Shown here: positions 28,794-38,312 of the stretch, in pieces
Position numbering within the stretch: the first letter of the stretch is position 1
How the letters are laid out: each line of letters opens with the position of its first letter
Origin: Schlesneria sp.
Lineage (GTDB): Bacteria > Planctomycetota > Planctomycetia > Planctomycetales > Planctomycetaceae
NCBI GenBank assembly: GCA_043733345.1
Contig: JAYTGQ010000391.1
Coordinates: 757 to 64,756, forward strand
Length of the DNA stretch: 64,000 bases
Reading direction: 5' to 3'
The notes under the pieces: model-generated
Seen by the model: the letters and a program-made list of their open reading frames with translations, nothing else
Database searches by the model: none
Told to the model about the DNA's origin: nothing
Made by a program: the position numbers and the translations under genes

Positions 28794-29997
28794 TCGGGAT
28801 CAGTTCCAGGCGTTCCAATTCCGTGACTCGTTGCATCACTCTGTCTCGACATTCCTTCAACGATGGGCCGTCTGCGAACACGGTACAAACGGGCCACTCT
28901 GCTTCGATGATTGTGCCCGGTGTGGGGATGTCTGCCAGAAACGGCGTTTGCCACGGCGACCTTCCGAGCAACAGGTGGCTTAGGTCCGGAGCGGTGAATC
29001 GTCGTGGGGCGTAGAGAATGACCTTGGCCACGAACGAGTCGGCCGCGTTGACCGTGAGTTCACCATTTCCGTGGCAGACGTGGCCACGGCACGTCGGTAG
29101 TAACGGTCGGCCGTTCGACAGTTCGAGGACCTCCACCGAGGCCGTGTAACGCGGGTTGATCTCGGTCGGACAAATCTGCTCTCCGTCGAGCAGGAAGTCG
29201 ATGCTGAAGAGGCCTCGCAGGGAACTGGCTTGAGCGACCGTCTCCGCCATTCGAGTCAATGTGTGGCGAGCGGCCTTGGTGATCGATCCCGATTCATTCG
29301 GCCGGTCGATCGGCCCGATGGAACCGCAGTACGCGAACGGCATCGCCGCGTGAGACGATGCGAGATTGATGAACTGCCGCGATGCTCCGAGCCACTCGAC
29401 CCCGTGGCTCTTCACACGGAACACGGCTGAGCAGGACTCGCCCACCGCACGCCGTTGAAAGTAATGTGGTTCCGCGAATTGCTGCTCGACAGCAAACTTG
29501 TCCCACACGCGGATTGCTCGACCGCCGGCGCTGGCGAACGGCTTCTGCATCCAAGTGCCGTCCGTAGGAGGCGTCACCGTTTCCGGTTCGACATCCAGCG
29601 CGGGAAGGCCCGCGTCGCGCAGTGTCGCCGTCAGCCAAAAGGGATCTCGCACGAGTCGTAATCCAGCGGCGGCCGTTCCCCAGAGAGGCCCATACGAAGC
29701 ATTGGGCTGAGACAGTCGCTCGATGATCTCGGGCTGATTTTCCAAGGCTCCCGTGTAGAACCAGCCCTCCGCCTGAACGCTCGCAACATCCTCGGGCAGG
29801 CTCCGCGGATAGTCTCGCACGGGGATGACCTCGGCCACTTGATGCGTGTCCAAGTCGGCAAACAAGTCCGCGCAGATCGGCTGCCAGCCCGCACGAACAG
29901 CCGACCACGCGGCCGCGCGCGTGCTGCCCCCAACGATGAGCACTCGCCCACGCCGCTGCGACGGGACAGACCGTGAATCCATCGGAGTTGTCACCAC
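28774..29997 (-). CDS. ATP-grasp domain protein (COG2232/OrfY-like); start uncertain 29982-29997
   Basis: VLIVGGSTRAAAWSAVRAG...ADLFADLD N-domain; KPFASAGG, FQRR, FSIDFLL, EINPRYTAS ATP-grasp motifs. Confidence 0.8.
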   Translation of the reverse strand: MVTTPMDSRSVPSQRRGRVLIVGGSTRAAAWSAVRAGWQPICADLFADLDTHQVAEVIPVRDYPRSLPEDVASVQAEGWFYTGALENQPEIIERLSQPNASYGPLWGTAAAGLRLVRDPFWLTATLRDAGLPALDVEPETVTPPTDGTWMQKPFASAGGRAIRVWDKFAVEQQFAEPHYFQRRAVGESCSAVFRVKSHGVEWLGASRQFINLASSHAAMPFAYCGSIGPIDRPNESGSITKAARHTLTRMAETVAQASSLRGLFSIDFLLDGEQICPTEINPRYTASVEVLELSNGRPLLPTCRGHVCHGNGELTVNAADSFVAKVILYAPRRFTAPDLSHLLLGRSPWQTPFLADIPTPGTIIEAEWPVCTVFADGPSLKECRDRVMQRVTELERLELIPKSPSAD

Positions 29998-30773
29998 AGT
30001 GTGTAGCCGCCGTCGATCACGAGCGACGCGCCGGTCATGTAGCGCGAGGCATCACTCGCGAGGTAAACCGCCAGCGGGCCGAGGTCTTCGGGTTGACCGA
30101 AGTCTCCCTGCGGAATCTGCTCGCGAAACTTCGTGATGACATCGGGATGCTCGCTCGCCCAGCGGACGTTCGGTGCGGTCATGAAGCCACCGGGACAGAT
30201 CGCATTCACGGTGACTCCGTGAGGTGCCCAATCGGCCGCTGCCGCGCGAGTCAATTGAATCACGCCGGCCTTGGACACTTCGTAGCTGCGCCCGCCGATG
30301 CCGCGATTGGCGATCAGCCCCGAAATCGACGCCACGTTGATGACGCGACCACCCTTCCCGCGCGAGACCATCGCGCCGCCAATCACCTTCGTGCAAAGAA
30401 ACGTGCTGGTCAGATTCAGGTCGAGAATCTGCTGCCACTGCTCCAACGTCTGCTCCTCCAGTGGCACGTTGACGCGCCGACCGCCGACGTTATTGATGAG
30501 AATGTCGATCGGCCCGCACTCGTCCAACACGCGACGACATAGGGCCTCGCACTCGTCCGCCCGCCCGACATCACCAATGATCGGTGTCGCAATTCGGCCC
30601 AACTTCCGAATGTCACCCGCCGTCGCGTTCAGACTCTCCTCATCGCGACCGACCAGCACCACATCCGCCCCAACGTCGGCAATGGCCAACGCCATCTCGC
30701 GCCCCAGCCCGCGACTCCCCCCCGTAATAAACAACCGCTTGCCATCAAGTCGAAACCGGTCGAGAACACTCAT
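29991..30773 (-). CDS. Classical SDR oxidoreductase (gluconate 5-dehydrogenase/KduD-like)
   Basis: TGGSRGLG, NNVG, NVASISG, YEVSK, VNAICPG, DGGYT. Confidence 0.9.
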   Translation of the reverse strand: MSVLDRFRLDGKRLFITGGSRGLGREMALAIADVGADVVLVGRDEESLNATAGDIRKLGRIATPIIGDVGRADECEALCRRVLDECGPIDILINNVGGRRVNVPLEEQTLEQWQQILDLNLTSTFLCTKVIGGAMVSRGKGGRVINVASISGLIANRGIGGRSYEVSKAGVIQLTRAAAADWAPHGVTVNAICPGGFMTAPNVRWASEHPDVITKFREQIPQGDFGQPEDLGPLAVYLASDASRYMTGASLVIDGGYTLW

Positions 30774-30822
30774 CACGAAACTCCTCACTTGATCAGACGC
30801 TTAATTCAGAGAGCGGTCCTAA

Positions 30823-31021
30823 CAGCCTGTGGAAGAACGTAGAGTAGGCGGCTCGCCTGCTGCATTTCCAGGCGTTGTCGGAAAACTGCCGAACGAGTGT
30901 CCCGGACGCTCAAAGCTTCCGGGGCACTGCAAGCAGCCGCTGGTCCCCGACAGAGTTTTCCGACAGAGCCTAGTTGGAAAACACAGGCGAGCCGTCTGTG
31001 CGACGACTTTTCAGCAGGCTG
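30823..31021. mobile_element. MITE family M1, longer variant (199 bp)
   Basis: CAGCCTGTGGAAGAA ... TTTTCAGCAGGCTG with CTAA duplicated on both sides; different interior from the 119-bp copies. Confidence 0.8.
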
Positions 31022-31086
31022 CTAAGCGACGATTGTCACTGCGATTTGAGTCTGTTTCGTCTTGAATTTGCGATGCATCGAAAGCA

Positions 31087-32055
31087 TCACGCACTGAACG
31101 CCTTCCTGAGCAGAGCGAGGCTCTTTGGGATCGCCGTGGCCGGGGCTTCCTTGCCTTCCATTTCGAGCGACACATAGCCGCGATAGTTGTGCTGGCGGAG
31201 CAGCTTGGCCACTCGATCATAATCAATGTCGAGCGAGTACCACTCACCACCGCCGTGGTAGGTCTTGGCTTGGACCAGAACGGCTCGCGGGGCGAGGGCG
31301 TCCATTTGCTCGTACATGTTTTCGAGGAAATTGCCCGTGTCGAGTGTCGCCTGCAACCACGGGGACTTGATCGCGTCGAGCACTTTCAACACGCCAGTCG
31401 CCTCGCGCCCCAGGCCCCAATGATTTTCGAGCCCCATCACCACGCCACACTCTTCGGCTTTCGGGAGGAGTTCCTCGAAGCTGCGGTTCACCCATTCAAA
31501 CCCCTGCTCGTCGGAGTAACCCGGCAGACGCGGCTCGATCCCCTTGTTGGCCATCAACTCGTCGAAGCTTTTGCTCGTGCCCCAGCGACCGGTGTTGACT
31601 CGAATTGTGGGGATGCCGAGTTCGTAAGCCAACTCCAAACAGCGGGCGGTGTGCGCGACGTTCTTTTTCCGCTTCTCTTCGTCCGGTGTGACGAAGCCCT
31701 GATGCGTTGAAAAGCCCATCAGGTCGAGGCCCAGCGAAAAGGCGAGCCGCTTCAGTTTGCGCAGGTACGGCTTATCGACTTGGCCGCCCGCCGCCTTGGC
31801 CGCCTCTTCCATGTGGACGTGCAGAATTTCGACGCCATCAAAACCCATTTCGGCCGCTTGTTCGAGACAACTCTCGATGGGTGTCGGCTCCCCTTGGAAG
31901 TGCCAGAACGAATACGTCGAGGCCCCGATCCGGTTGGCTCTCCGCCGCTCGGCCCCCGGTGATTCCGCTGCCCGCCCCACTGAGGCCGCTCCCCCAACAA
32001 GCCCCAGCGCGGCGAGACTCACCATTTCGCGACGAGTAATCTGCACGATGTCCAT
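31087..32055 (-). CDS. Tat-exported sugar phosphate isomerase/epimerase (xylose isomerase-like TIM barrel)
   Basis: TRREMVSL twin-arginine signal; GFDGVE, LENH, LDTGNF, QAK, YRGYVSLEMEG motifs. Confidence 0.88.
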   Translation of the reverse strand: MDIVQITRREMVSLAALGLVGGAASVGRAAESPGAERRRANRIGASTYSFWHFQGEPTPIESCLEQAAEMGFDGVEILHVHMEEAAKAAGGQVDKPYLRKLKRLAFSLGLDLMGFSTHQGFVTPDEEKRKKNVAHTARCLELAYELGIPTIRVNTGRWGTSKSFDELMANKGIEPRLPGYSDEQGFEWVNRSFEELLPKAEECGVVMGLENHWGLGREATGVLKVLDAIKSPWLQATLDTGNFLENMYEQMDALAPRAVLVQAKTYHGGGEWYSLDIDYDRVAKLLRQHNYRGYVSLEMEGKEAPATAIPKSLALLRKAFSA

Positions 32056-32399
32056 TCCTAACGAGGCTTCGCCTCAGTTCGACGAGATGTGTGACTCAGG
32101 CAAACCGTGCCACTGATTCGGAGTCTGCGGAGAAGCCGTGTTCTTCGCGAGGTCCTTCCCCAACCGGCACTGCTTCTCCGCAGTAGTGGCACGTCCTGTA
32201 TTTCAGTAATCGCGATCAAGCAAAGACACCCCGCCAGTTGACCACGCTGGTTTCCACTGGCGATCCAACTCCTGAGAGATGCGGGGGCCAATGTTGGTTT
32301 CCACTGGCGGCTGCTTTGAGCCGCCAGTGGCTTTGAAGAACACTGGCGAGCGAAGCCCATCGCCAATGGCACCCGAGTGTCCGTAGGCTTGCGACTGAA

Positions 32400-33125
32400 T
32401 TAGTTGTCCCACTCGCAGATGTACGGCAGACGCTCGCTTCCGCTAACGTCATTTAACACGTTTCGGTTTCCATCCAATGTCAAAAAATGCTGCGGTCCCA
32501 GCGAGCCGGAACCGCCGTTGTCGGTCTCCCAAGTATTTGGCATCCACAACGTTCCATCGTGCCACCGCCATAGGCCTTCGCGCTCCTCGTCTGTCGCCCC
32601 AAGATAGATCGAGTTCTTGCCGCTCATTTTATAGAGAAACGCGTACTCCTTACCGCTCTTACAGTACGCCAAATGCCCACCCATCTCCTCACATCGTCGT
32701 TTCGCCACATACCATGTCGCCGGCTCTGTGATGAGCGCGTACGTGTGGCCGTCGAACTTCACGAGATCCTTCGGTTGCGGTCGAGAAAAATCTAACCCGC
32801 TCGATTCGAGCGCAGCCTTGCAAGCCATCGCCTTGTCGAAGTCCCCTGCCTTGGTAAACGCCTTGAGCTGCGCTCGATAAACGGCGAGTCGCTTTTCGGT
32901 CGCCTTGCGCTTCGCCGTAAAATAGACCGATTCGACCAACTTCATTTCGGCCTCAAACGCAGCGTTCGCCTTCTTGACCACGGGATCGGCGTCGAATGCA
33001 GCCAGTTGTTCAGCAGACACACTGGTCTTTGTTGACGGAGGATCGTCGCCCGACACCAATGAACCAACAAGGACGCAAATGACTGTTGGCCAAAATAGTA
33101 AGCGGGACACGGACTTGAGCGTCAT
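32400..33125 (-). CDS. Secreted C-type lectin domain protein
   Basis: Signal peptide, coiled-coil, then GHTYAL...TWYVAKRRCEEMGGHL...IYLG...WRWHDG...ND...YICEW C-type lectin fold. Confidence 0.85.
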   Translation of the reverse strand: MTLKSVSRLLFWPTVICVLVGSLVSGDDPPSTKTSVSAEQLAAFDADPVVKKANAAFEAEMKLVESVYFTAKRKATEKRLAVYRAQLKAFTKAGDFDKAMACKAALESSGLDFSRPQPKDLVKFDGHTYALITEPATWYVAKRRCEEMGGHLAYCKSGKEYAFLYKMSGKNSIYLGATDEEREGLWRWHDGTLWMPNTWETDNGGSGSLGPQHFLTLDGNRNVLNDVSGSERLPYICEWDN

Positions 33126-33323
33126 GGTCAGTTTGCTCCTCTGAAAAGATCGCGGAGTGGCCCAGCTTGCTTCAAGCTAGTTGCCGCAGGCACAAGAAAC
33201 TCAGGATCGGGCTGGAATTGGATACGGTCGCGTCTTCTCAATCAACGTCGGTCAGAGATTTCTTGTACTGTCCCCACCCAGCTTGAAGAAAGTTGGCTCA
33301 CCCAGGCAAGGAACCGACTCTTC

Positions 33324-33778
33324 TCACGACCGGACGGCCTGTCGCCAGTCGTCTTGGCGGAGGTCGTTGTTGCGGTAGAGTTCGATCAGGCGTTCGAGCA
33401 GGGTGATGTCGCAGCGGAACTGGTCGCCTCGTTCGGTGTCGGCCATGCGGCGCGGGCGGTCCCATTCGCGGACGGCGGTGATGCTGGGGACGATGTCCAC
33501 GCCGTCTCGCACCGCCGCGTCGACCGACTCGAAGTGATGATGCTTGGCGAGGACCGTGCGGACCGCTTCGAGGACCAGCGTGAAGCCGTGGTCGCCGTAG
33601 GCTTCGGAAAACGCTCCGTCGATGGTGATTGCCTTGCCGCTGCGCTTGATCGGCGATTCGCCCGCTTCGATCTTCACCGGGACGTGGCCGTTGACGATCA
33701 GGCCGCGGGCGGGATCGACTCCGAACTCGGCGAATACCTTTTTGCAGAACCACGGTTCGTGGATCAGCGCGAAGGCCG
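33324..33778 (-). pseudogene. fbp: Class 3 fructose-1,6-bisphosphatase, C-terminal fragment
   Basis: IVNGHVPVKIEAGESPIKRSGKAITIDGAFSEAY matches the class 3 FBPase INGHVPV...GESP...IDGGF motif; most of the gene is absent and the fragment starts at a REP arm. Confidence 0.8.
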
Positions 33779-34320
33779 TCGGGTGCGTGGAGTCTTCGGA
33801 ACGCACCGTGACTGTCGTCCCGTCGTTCCGCCGACGGGACCGCTTGTCGGCGGAGCGACAAGGCGACCGTAACAGCCGGTGCGTTCCGAAGTCTCCACGC
33901 ACCCGACGTGTGTCATCACCCCCAAAACTCTCGGACGTAGTAAATGCACCGCCCCTGAGTTTTTGTTATACCTCGCGCGGTCAGTGATGATACCTCTGAG
34001 GCGTCAGCCCAATGGCACTCACTTTGTCACCTCGCTTGTGAGCGGCACGGCGCTAGCTGCCGGCTTTTGCAGGGGAAATCGACACCACGACACCGGTGGC
34101 TAGCGCCATTCCGCTCAAAGTGAGTGCCATTGGGCGTCAGCCCCCCGGTTCTTGGGCGTCAGCCCGCTGTGGAAGAACCAGGGAGCTGACGCCCAATGGC
34201 ACTTACTTTACTAACCCGCAGCGTGAGCGAGGGCGATGACATGAGGCGTTTCCCCTTGTTTCCCTGCCTACGCTGCGGGTTACTGAGGTAAAGCAAGTGC
34301 CATTGGGCTGACGCCGCCCC
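33779..34320. repeat. Dense REP/MITE cluster (several families)
   Basis: GTGCGTTCCGAAG doublet (~33790-33910), M2 right end (33927-33955), CCCAATGGCACTCACTTT doublet (~34004-34140), CCCGCAGCGTGAGCGAGG hairpin (~34211-34283). Confidence 0.8.
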
Positions 34321-34356
34321 GCTCGGAAACCTCTCACTTTGTGCCGCGTGAGGGAT

Positions 34357-34532
34357 AGTTCTTGGCCATTGAAGGTTTGGTCAAGGATTGCGGGGAGCAT
34401 GACCTCAAGCTCGCATCTGAGATCATTACGGACAACCTGAGAAGCGGAAAGCCTCTCTCGGAGCTCGGCCACATGTGACAGCATTAGCTGCTTGTCATCT
34501 CGCGAGGGAATGATGACGGGAAACGGGTTCAT
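34357..34532 (-). pseudogene. Probable type I restriction S-subunit C-terminal remnant
   Basis: PVIIP...VAELRERL...ELEVMLPAILDQTFNGQEL resembles the HsdS C-terminal spacer (ELDALLPSILDRAFxGEL); low-GC-looking context. Confidence 0.5.
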
Positions 34533-34793
34533 CGGACTCAGATGACGCCAACCCTAACCGGATGACTTGTTCGACTTATAGCCAGACAGTTGCGGCCTGA
34601 AACAGGAAACAACACGAACGAGATTGTCACTTTTTTCAAAATAGTAGGAACAACCTCCTCGCTATTCTCAATTGGTGCTTGTAGCATACTGCCGTGGATG
34701 GTCGGTGAGCGTTGAGATCACAAGCTTCGACATTATTCGGATGACAAGATAAGTAGCAGCCCCGAGTTTACTCAGGGAGGCTAATTAGAAGGT

Positions 34794-34850
34794 AAGCCGA
34801 CTCAGCAGAAAACCTCAAAGGTACTCTGCTGAGTCGGCTTTTTTGTTTTG
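34794..34850 (+). terminator. Strong intrinsic terminator with no adjacent plus-strand CDS
   Basis: 16-bp perfect stem AAGCCGACTCAGCAGA / TCTGCTGAGTCGGCTT followed by TTTTGTTTTG. Confidence 0.7.
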
Positions 34851-35100
34851 TCAGTAGATTCGGACGACTACATAAAGAGCAGCCCGGCCCACTCCGGGAG
34901 GCTCGTTAATGGGTAGGCCGACGCGGTGGAACATCTCAGGGTGTTCTGCGGCGTCGGCCTTTTTCGTTTCGTCACTTCCCCCAGTGGCGAGCGGTCACCG
35001 GTGGATTGTCCGCTTGGTGTGTCTTGAACCTTTAAGGATGGAGATGATCACGATGAATCGCTTAATGACAGTTGTTTGTGGCTTGCGGTCCAGTGGAGCA

Positions 35101-35916
35101 ATGACTCGGTATCGCCTGAATTTCAAGCGGGCTTCGAGCCTGCTGGCGATCGCCAGCGCCATGGCTATTACGTCGGCATTCGCACGGGAACCCGCCGTGC
35201 CGGAAGCCAAGCCGATCAACAAGGGGCAGGCGGTACGTGTCCAAGGGCAGCCAGAGCCAGCCGCAACGGAGACGAGATCAGTCAACAGAGGCCCGGCAAC
35301 TCAAGCCCATTCCGAGTCCGCCGTGATTCCCGAATGTCTGGAAAAGCTGAACCTCTCGGCTCAGCAGCAAGATCAAGTCAAGGGGATCGTTCACAATTAC
35401 GACGGCTCGCTCCGCGTCGTCTGGACGCAATTTAGCGACCGCTACATGCAGGCGATCTGCATGGAGACCGCGTTGATGGCTGCCATTGAGGACAACCTGA
35501 CCGAAGCGCAACGGCAGCAAGTGCGCAATCAGCGTCGCGTGACTGCTCAGCATGAGAAGGCCATGGCGGCAACGAGTACCAAGGTGAATCAGGCAAAGGT
35601 CAAGCCGAATGAGGAAACCACCAAGCCTGTCGATGCTGCCGAGGAAGGGATTGCTGCTGCTGGCATATCGCTCACCGACGAGCAGGAAACTGCGGCCGAC
35701 AGGGTTCAAGAAAAGTATCGCTCTCAACTGCGGTCACTGAACCGTGACATTCAAGGTCTCCATACTCGGTTGGTTTCACTGGAAGCCGACAAACTGACGG
35801 AGATCGAAAAGGTTCTCACGAAGGATCAGCTTTCGCAGCTGCGTATAAACCGACAGAACGCTCCTGTCGCACCAAAAGTGGCGAGCAGCCAAGCCGAGCC
35901 GACGAAGGCCGAGTAA
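35101..35916 (+). CDS. Secreted Spy/CpxP-like helical protein
   Basis: Signal peptide (LLAIASAMAITSAFA); LNLSAQQQDQV, NLTEAQRQQV and VLTKDQLSQL LTxxQ-type repeats; GGAG RBS before ATG. Confidence 0.7.
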   Translation: MTRYRLNFKRASSLLAIASAMAITSAFAREPAVPEAKPINKGQAVRVQGQPEPAATETRSVNRGPATQAHSESAVIPECLEKLNLSAQQQDQVKGIVHNYDGSLRVVWTQFSDRYMQAICMETALMAAIEDNLTEAQRQQVRNQRRVTAQHEKAMAATSTKVNQAKVKPNEETTKPVDAAEEGIAAAGISLTDEQETAADRVQEKYRSQLRSLNRDIQGLHTRLVSLEADKLTEIEKVLTKDQLSQLRINRQNAPVAPKVASSQAEPTKAE

Positions 35917-36016
35917 CACTTTCCCGCTCTCGTGGCACGGGCCACCGCAAGGTGCCCGTGCCACTTTGAGAGTGTTCGACCAACTTCAACCGTGATGGAT
36001 TCACAAGGAACAAATA

Positions 36017-36406
36017 ATGACACGTATACTTGGCTTGTCGGCACTCGTCATTGGCCTGCTCGCGGCGGCGGTGCCGCAGAATAATGCTCATGCCCAAACA
36101 ATCTCCATCGGTCGGGGTGGGGTGCAATACAATGGGTATGGACAAGGCTACTACGGTGGATACGGACGAGGATATCGCGGTTACGGGCAAGACTACGGCG
36201 GCTGGCACAGCCCCCGAATTCAATCTTATTCTGGTTACGGAAACGGCCCTTATGGATACGGTTCGGGAAATATGTATCAGCAGTATAACGGTGGATACAG
36301 TTACGGAAATGGAACCTACTACGACGGGTACGGTAACTCAGGATATTACACTCAGCCTTACGCGCCCGTTTACCGTCCGTATGGATTCGGAGTTTACATC
36401 CAGTAG
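36017..36406 (+). CDS. Secreted Gly/Tyr-rich low-complexity protein
   Basis: Signal peptide ending AHA; repeated GYG/YNG tracts. Confidence 0.75.
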   Translation: MTRILGLSALVIGLLAAAVPQNNAHAQTISIGRGGVQYNGYGQGYYGGYGRGYRGYGQDYGGWHSPRIQSYSGYGNGPYGYGSGNMYQQYNGGYSYGNGTYYDGYGNSGYYTQPYAPVYRPYGFGVYIQ

Positions 36407-36829
36407 CCCAAGAAACATCTGCTGCAGCGATGATCGGCTGGGGCAAGTCGCGTGGCGAGACAACGCAGCCAGAAAGTGACTTTGAAATGTCATGCACGTC
36501 GTCGCTCGTTCCACATTTAATGAAAGATCGACGTGGGCGATTGCTGGATGCGCCTGCCGTCCACGGAATTGACTTTGGCCCACGATCACGAATTGGTTCA
36601 GCGAGTCGTGGTTCGACTGCGATGTCGGCTGGAGAGTTCGGTTCGTAACTTTATAAATGTCGGCGAGCGAAGACGGTTTGGTTCTGCAATGTGTGATCGA
36701 AATCTATTACGGCAAGCAAATGGCCCAAGAGGTCGTGATGGAAGTGTCGCCACTGTCGATCCTCGCAAATGATATCGAAGTCCAATGCTTTGCGTTGACA
36801 CGCCACGTAGTCTCTTAAGAGCGATGTTT

Positions 36830-37249
36830 ATGAATAACATAACGCTGAAAATGGCGCAGCAGATTGCCAATGCGACCAGTGCTTTAGAAGAGAAGCGAAC
36901 GGGGCACCAGCCTCATGCCGTGACGGTCGTTCTGAGCGAAGACATTTTGGTGGTCACACTGCACGAGGCTTTTTCTCCCGCCGAAAAGGAACTGGCCAAG
37001 ACGGTGGTTGGTGCCGTTCAAGTGGAGGATTATCACAAACAACTCTTCGCCAATTCCTCCGACCCGTTGCGACTCGAGATCAATCGTCTCAGTGGTCGGG
37101 TGGTGATGGAAGCCGATGCGGTCGTCGAGCCGGCGACGGGATCAGTCATACATGCCTTCTCGACCGGCCGCTTGATGCAGGTGTACCTGCTCACCAAGAA
37201 CATTTTTATGGAACCCGAAAGCGGGAATGAATTGCGTCCGCAGTCTTAA
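36830..37249 (+). CDS. DUF2294 (MpsC-like) family protein
   Basis: MAQQIA...RTGHQPHAVTVVLSEDILVVTLHEAFSPAEKEL...GRVV pattern; start uncertain (36785-36851). Confidence 0.75.
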   Translation: MNNITLKMAQQIANATSALEEKRTGHQPHAVTVVLSEDILVVTLHEAFSPAEKELAKTVVGAVQVEDYHKQLFANSSDPLRLEINRLSGRVVMEADAVVEPATGSVIHAFSTGRLMQVYLLTKNIFMEPESGNELRPQS

Positions 37250-37265
37250 GAAAGGATTCTCAGAC

Positions 37266-37496
37266 ATGTTGGTCTTAACGCGAAAGATTGAACAGGCCGT
37301 CGTTGTCGGTGACGCGGCGGACGTGGGGCGTTTGCTCAAAATCACGGTGCTTGAGATCGCGCGAGGGAGCGTGAGGCTGGGCTTTGAGGTCGATGCCAGC
37401 GTGCCCGTTCATCGTTGGGAAGTGTGGCAGCGAATCCGCGACGAGGATCCGACCGAGGGTTCGCCGGAAACTTTGGCGTCATTGGTTGTGCAGTAA
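37266..37496 (+). CDS. csrA: Carbon storage regulator CsrA family RNA-binding protein
   Basis: MLVLTRK...ITVLEI...VRLGFE...VPVHR-EV canonical CsrA pattern. Confidence 0.9.
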   Translation: MLVLTRKIEQAVVVGDAADVGRLLKITVLEIARGSVRLGFEVDASVPVHRWEVWQRIRDEDPTEGSPETLASLVVQ

Positions 37497-37600
37497 TGCT
37501 GGGGGCTGGTGCCTCTCAGGTGTTGTGGCTTGATGGCTCGTGCATTGCCACCGTTTGAACGCGGCACTCACGGTCATCCGAACAGAAGGGGAGAGCAATC

Positions 37601-37768
37601 ATGTTGAATTGGGCACTGACATTCTTAGTTGTGGCGCTGGTCGCCGCCGTATTTGGTTTTGGCGGCATCGCCGGTGAAGCCGCTTGGATCGCGAAGGTTT
37701 TGTTTGTCGTGTTCCTCGTCATGTTTCTCGTTTCGGCACTGACGGGACGCCGAACGCCGCTGGCATGA
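37601..37768 (+). CDS. DUF1328 small membrane protein (55 aa; not in ORF track)
   Basis: [47 protein letters not shown]; GGGGAG RBS. Confidence 0.92.
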   Translation: MLNWALTFLVVALVAAVFGFGGIAGEAAWIAKVLFVVFLVMFLVSALTGRRTPLA

Positions 37769-37917
37769 CGAAGACCGCTGGCGTGATCGCGGATTGGCCG
37801 TCTCTCCGCGACCACATCGAACTCGCGAGCTGTCGAATGATTCTTGGAGGTCTGTTCCTCGCAGGAGTCTTGGCCCGCTGGGCCGTGTTTGAGTTTGCTC
37901 TAAAAGGAGTTTTGAAA

Positions 37918-38250
37918 ATGACTCGGAAAATGATCTCTCTGGCTGGTGTGGTGATTGCGGCGCTGAGTTTCGCCGTGGGCGGTTCCGATGTGGAAGCGCG
38001 ACATTGCCGCACCCACAGAAATCACTGCTGTCGGCAGTCCGTTAACAACGGGTGTCAGCAGAATTCCAACATTGGCTTCCGCAACAACGGCACGAATGGC
38101 AACTGCTGTCAGCAGTCTGGCAACAACGGCTACCAACAGACCAGCAATTATGCATCTGGGCAGATGACCTACGGCACGACGGAAGCTGCTGTGGGCGTGA
38201 GCCAGCCGGCTCCTCCTGTTGAATCCGCAGCCCCGGTTCCCGTCAATTGA
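37918..38250 (+). CDS. Secreted Cys/Asn/Gln-rich small protein
   Basis: AAGGAG RBS; signal peptide ending VEA; HCC/GC/NCC repeats. Confidence 0.7.
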   Translation: MTRKMISLAGVVIAALSFAVGGSDVEARHCRTHRNHCCRQSVNNGCQQNSNIGFRNNGTNGNCCQQSGNNGYQQTSNYASGQMTYGTTEAAVGVSQPAPPVESAAPVPVN

Positions 38251-38312
38251 TTTGAAGGCCGTCACGTCCAGACACCGACCGCCTACGGGCGGTCGGTGAG
38301 GAGGAGATTCAC

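Noticed and set aside
33779-34320. Repeat cluster as a CRISPR array or tRNA cluster
   Set aside because: Repeats are inverted, belong to several families and recur genome-style elsewhere in the window (REP/MITE); no regular repeat-spacer period and no cloverleaf or CCA end.
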